Assembly (NCBI GenBank): GCA_002269645.1
Contig: NIVC01003768.1
Coordinates: 1 to 24,404 of the forward strand
Reading direction: 5' to 3'
DNA from: Macrostomum lignano
Taxonomy: Eukaryota
DNA: 24,404 nt
The position numbers were made by a program, and so were the translations under genes. The notes under the pieces are model-generated. The model was not told where the DNA came from. It made no database searches and was given only the letters and a program-made list of their open reading frames with translations. The stretch's first letter is position 1; each line of letters begins with the position of its first letter. Below are positions 20,692 to 24,404 of the stretch, piece after piece.

Positions 20692-21679
20692 TGCAGATCG
20701 GGCGTTGCAGCCGCCAGGAGTTCCTCCTCCTCCTCGGCGCTCACCAGCTTCGGGTCAGGGTCACCGGTGTCCATGGGCTCCTCTTCAACAAAAGGCCACT
20801 GGCCAGTCGATCGGAAGGCAGTAGGCAGCGTTCGCCGCCCTTCGCCCATCGGCTACGGGGTCCTCCGTCTCGGAGTGGCCCAATGCCCTGGAGCAGCCAG
20901 CCGCCTGGGCAGGCGGGTCCGTCTCCAGTCGGCCCTGCGGCCGAGGGGTTGGGCCCAGCTGAGACGTCCCCACCCTCCCTGGACGAGCTGCTGCGCCTGG
21001 GCGTCCCGGCGACCTCTCTCCTCAGCTGGGTGATTTTAGCGGTGCGGACCGCCTCAGCTGCGCGCTGGTACAGGCCGCGCCGTCTGGTGCTGCGCGCTTC
21101 TGCTAGTGCTGAATTCCTTCTGCTTTGAGCTCTAAGCGCATGGAACGAAACAGAACAGTAAACAGAACTCTGCATCGCCAGATTGAAGCGAAAAAGTATT
21201 TCTGTGTTACCGAATTTCTTATGAAATTTATTCTAGTTTAGTCTAGATGTTATTTTTTCAATTCTTTCTCAACGAACTTGTGAGTTGTGAGGGCATCGCA
21301 AACGAAGACACACGCTTAATGCTTCATTTGGAATTCGGAAGTCCAGGCTCCTAGAAGTTAAGACATTGAGAATTTAGTGACTTAACACGAATTAGCTGGC
21401 TTATCCATGAATAACAGATATCGACTGTTTGCTCGTATTAGGTTTGATGCTGATTTGTGAGTAGTATTTTTTGCGTTATACTCGTATTTTATGTATTTAT
21501 TTAAAGAGTATTAAAAAACTGCTGACTTAAATAAAAAAATGAAGAAATAATTATAGTGATTAAAATACATAAAATGAGATAGAAAATCGGATAATGCACT
21601 TTATATTTTAATCATTATCTAGTAAAAGATACTGCTGCAGCACGCTCTGGCAAAAAAGCTACGTTAAAACAAAAAACTG

Positions 21680-21730
21680 GCAGACAGACGGACCTACAGA
21701 CAGACAGACAAACAGACAGATAAACAAACT
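21680..21730. repeat. Short (ACAG)n microsatellite
   Basis: Direct inspection. Confidence 0.7.
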
Positions 21731-21845
21731 AACCGGCTGCGTTATAACAAACGCTATCCTAAAATGTATCCAAGACTTTAAAAGAATAATAAGTTCATCG
21801 TGTCTCTTAAAGCAAGTTTGATCATGACATCTCTTAAGCTTAATT

Positions 21846-21851
21846 TTTATT
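21846..21851 (-). terminator. AATAAA polyadenylation signal about 11 nt downstream of the lectin stop
   Basis: TTTATT on the + strand at 21846-21851. Confidence 0.55.
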
Positions 21852-21861
21852 GATGATCTCA

Positions 21862-22635
21862 TCACTCAGTGCGCAGGTACTTTGTCCACTGCAGCTTCTC
21901 CATTTCGTTGGCAGAGAAGTCGGAGCCGTCAAGCGGCAGGCTGGCGTCAAAGTAGGGCAGCAGGACGCACTGCCTCCTTGTCGGGTGCCAGTAGAATCCA
22001 ACGCAGTCACCGAACTCGAACTCATAGCAGATCAGGGCGCAGTCTTCCAGGGTCTTGATGGCCGGCACTTTGATCCAACAGCCCGGGTCGGGCTGCTGAA
22101 ACTGAGCGATTCTTACCAGCTCAAATTTTCCGTTGTTCCGCTTGGGGACTTTTCGATAGGCGGCGGTGATGTTAGAATAGCAGTAAAACACGTGCTTCTC
22201 AACACAATTCTCATCTCTCAACTGGATGCTCAGACCCATTATGGTAGCGCAGTCTTGCTTGCCACCAAGGTTGTTGGGCTCGGCTGGGTGAAAATCATTG
22301 CCGCTAACTGACGTAACCTGGCCGTCCTTGATCCAAACCCAGCCGTCTTTGTTAGTGCTCCTCTCATTCAGCGAGTCCACCAGTCCCACCCACCATCTCT
22401 GGCTAGAAAAGCCACCGCTGGCCTTCATGGCGTCGTACACGGGCTTGCTGATCATCTCCTGACCGTTCTGGTGGCAGGTCCTCACCGCATCGCAAAACGT
22501 CAGCAACTGACTGTAGTACTGGCTACACCATGGCTGCGCATCAATCTGAGTCATGCCAGGAGGACAAGCCGACTCAGCAGACATCGCAAGCTGAACAGCT
22601 GCCAAGAGCAAAGCTTTGAGCACTGAGGACTTCAT
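21862..22635 (-). CDS. Secreted C-type lectin (EPN) + PAN/apple domain protein, intronless, 257 aa from the first ATG
   Basis: Signal peptide MKSSVLKALLLAAVQLAMSA. CTLD features: FCDAVRTC, WWVGL, GWVW, EPNN...QDC and C...HVFYC. PAN-like segment: TLEDCALIC...CVGFYW...QCVLL. The track start at 22677 is a non-ATG codon. Confidence 0.85.
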   Translation of the reverse strand: MKSSVLKALLLAAVQLAMSAESACPPGMTQIDAQPWCSQYYSQLLTFCDAVRTCHQNGQEMISKPVYDAMKASGGFSSQRWWVGLVDSLNERSTNKDGWVWIKDGQVTSVSGNDFHPAEPNNLGGKQDCATIMGLSIQLRDENCVEKHVFYCYSNITAAYRKVPKRNNGKFELVRIAQFQQPDPGCWIKVPAIKTLEDCALICYEFEFGDCVGFYWHPTRRQCVLLPYFDASLPLDGSDFSANEMEKLQWTKYLRTE

Positions 22636-22681
22636 CACTGGGTGACTAAACTCAACCCAGCGAATAATTTTGATCAAGAGG

Positions 22682-22688
22682 TTTTATA
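22682..22688 (-). promoter_or_regulatory. Candidate TATA box (TATAAAA) about 47 nt upstream of the lectin ATG
   Basis: Sequence match and position only. A 14-bp tandem duplication (22709-22736) lies just upstream. Confidence 0.35.
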
Positions 22689-23019
22689 GTCGCTGCAGGT
22701 GTATTGTTTCCTGTCACGAGTCTCCTGTCACGAGTCTGTCAAAACAGATGATTGACACCTCTGTCATAGAGCTGGCAGGCATTTTATTGCTGAGGCGTTA
22801 CGATCGATTCTGACTGCCAACTTCCGTATGGAAGAAGCCATTGTTGGACTGCGTGCTCATGGTTCACTCACTCATCGATTAACTTACTCATTTATCTTGC
22901 TCACTCATCTTGAGCAGATCCCAGTCAATAAATGGCTTGCTAATTCTATTCTTTAAAACGGCCCCTCCTGCCGATGTCTAATATATACCACTGCGAATCA
23001 ATGAAACTACCAGACTACC

Positions 23020-23265
23020 AACATACAAGCGTAACGAACTACCAAACTAACTAACTAACTGCCAAACACAACCAAAGTACGAAACTACCAAACTTTCCAA
23101 ACTACCAGACGCTACCAAACTATGAAACTAAGAAACTACCAAACAGTAACAAACTACCAAACGACGTCACTACCAAACTACCAAACTGCCAAACACAACC
23201 AAACTACCAAACTACCAAACTGCCAAACACAGCCAAACTTACTCAACTACCAAACTACTAAATTA
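23020..23265. repeat. Degenerate (AAACTACC)n 8-bp repeat
   Basis: Direct inspection. Confidence 0.8.
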
Positions 23266-23483
23266 ATAGATATTATACCAAATGTCTCTCTGTGTCCTAT
23301 GCCACCCCTAATATGGCGAATCTGGTACTGGAGCCACTGACGCTCCCAGTGAAAAATCAAGGGCTACGCCCTTGAATTTACTGATATGACCATTTGATCG
23401 ATAGACACATCGACTGTGAAATCTCGTAAAAATTACATGCATAAATGCTCGGCCAGTATGCAATAATTTTTCATTGGATAAAG

Positions 23484-24368
23484 CAGGGTTGGCGAGCTCC
23501 AGCCCGCGGGAACACATGCGGCCCGCGAAGAATCTCAATCCGGCCCTTTGGTCCTTTGAAACTTCATAACAGCCCGTCCAGGGTTGGAGTCTTATCTAAG
23601 TACTCTGCTCTCTTTTCTTCTCTCTCTTTTCTCTACTCTCTCCTCTCCTCTCCTCTTCTCTCCTCTCCTCTCCTCTCCTCTCCTCTCCTCTCCTGTCCTC
23701 TCCTCTCCTCTCCTCTCCTCTCCTTTCCTCTCCTCTCCTTTCCTCTCTCATCTCCTCTCCTCTCCTCTCTCATCTCCTCTCCTCTCCTCCCTAATCTCCT
23801 CTCCTCTCCTCTCCTCTCCTCTCCTCTCCTCTCATCTCCTCTCCTCTCCTCTCCTCTCCTTTCCTCTCCTCTCCTCTCCTCTCATCTCCTCTCATCTCCT
23901 CTCCTCTCCTCTCCTCTCCTCTCCTCTCCTCTCCTCTCCTCTCTCTCTCCTTTCCTCTCCTCTCCTTTCCTCTCTCATCTCCTCTCCTCTCCTCTCTCAT
24001 CTCCTCTCCTCTCCTCCCTAATCTCCTCTTCTCTCCTCTCCTCTCCTCTCTCTCCTCTCATATCCTCTCCTCTCTCTCCTCTCCTCTCCTTCTCTCTCCT
24101 CTCCTCTCCTCTCCTCTACTCCCCTACTCTCCTCTTCTCTCTCCTCTTCACTCTTATCTCCTCTCTCACCTCACCTCTCCTGTCCTCTTCTCACCTTTCT
24201 TTTCTCTAATCTCGCTTCTTATCTCTCTTCTCTCCTCTCTTCTTTCATCTCCCATCTCCTCTTTAATCATCTCTATCCCATCCCTTCTCCTTTCCACTCT
24301 CATCTGGCCCGCAGCAATGATCTAGATTCTTGCCCGGCTCTTGAAGTAAAACAGCTTGTCAACTTCTG
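23484..24368 (+). mobile_element. Second non-autonomous hAT element of the same family, with internal (TCTCC)n tract
   Basis: Left end CAGGGTTGGCGAGCT, right end revcomp CAGAAGTTGACAAGCT. The 8-bp flanks are GGATAAAG and GTATAAAG (7/8). It shares GGCCCGCGAAG..TCTC.ATCCGGCCCTTT with the copy at 9772-10687. Confidence 0.8.
23605..24300. repeat. (TCTCC)n polypyrimidine microsatellite inside the second hAT element
   Basis: Direct inspection. Confidence 0.95.
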
Positions 24369-24404
24369 GTATAAAGCATCGCTACAACTGATATTCCAAG
24401 CAAT

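Larger units (their letters stand above)
18233..21130 (-). mobile_element. Decayed non-LTR retrotransposon with APE, RT, RNase H and CCHC (LOA/I-group-like); internally deleted; 5' limit approximate
   Basis: APE: QINTQH...VQEPW, ASAYFP, GDVNAHH, IDTT. RT: KAPGPDGIYP, VVFIPKPGK, FRPISLTS, FLDIEGAFDNV. RNase H: WIPGHAGFLGNERADLLAK. CCHC: CPFC...EHFICHC at 18566-18513. The 3' tail is (TAAGTCAAG)2 at 18250-18233. Confidence 0.9.

Noticed and set aside
15741-21128. + strand ORFs overlapping SLC35C1-like and the LINE
   Set aside because: Antisense shadows of GC-rich coding sequence with no motifs.
21120-21300. Target-site duplication for the LINE
   Set aside because: Only a 6-bp AAAAGT match to the 3' flank, expected by chance in AT-rich DNA; the 5' end remains undefined.
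23311-23390. YGESGTG as a P-loop
   Set aside because: It lacks the GK[ST] lysine and the frame closes shortly afterwards.
24300-24404. + strand exon after a polypyrimidine tract (NDLDSCPALEVKQ...)
   Set aside because: The sequence is explained as the right terminus and TSD of the second hAT element.

Overview
Eukaryotic (animal) genomic DNA, very rich in mini- and microsatellites. The GC-rich coding islands between long tandem arrays resemble a Macrostomum-type flatworm genome, but that taxon is an inference. Four protein-coding loci can be rebuilt by hand. (1) A + strand VAP-like gene (MSP domain, coiled coil, C-terminal TM; about 500-2195) with apparent frame breaks. (2) A complete 7-exon single-minded (sim)-like bHLH-PAS gene on the - strand (14323->3289, 1860 nt CDS, 619 aa), in which all junctions are GT-AG and phase-compatible. 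(3) An intronless, divergent SLC35C1-like nucleotide-sugar transporter (- strand). (4) An intronless secreted C-type lectin + PAN/apple protein (- strand). Mobile DNA comprises a decayed non-LTR retrotransposon (APE, RT, RNase H, CCHC) with an internal deletion, and two related non-autonomous hAT (Buster/Charlie-like) elements with TIRs and 8-bp TSDs, each carrying a ~0.7-0.8 kb (GGAGA/TCTCC)n core. Every intron of sim and of the VAP-like gene holds its own tandem repeat. Most long ORFs in the supplied track are repeat artefacts. I found no tRNA, rRNA or CRISPR array. All family assignments come from motif recognition by eye, not from database searches.
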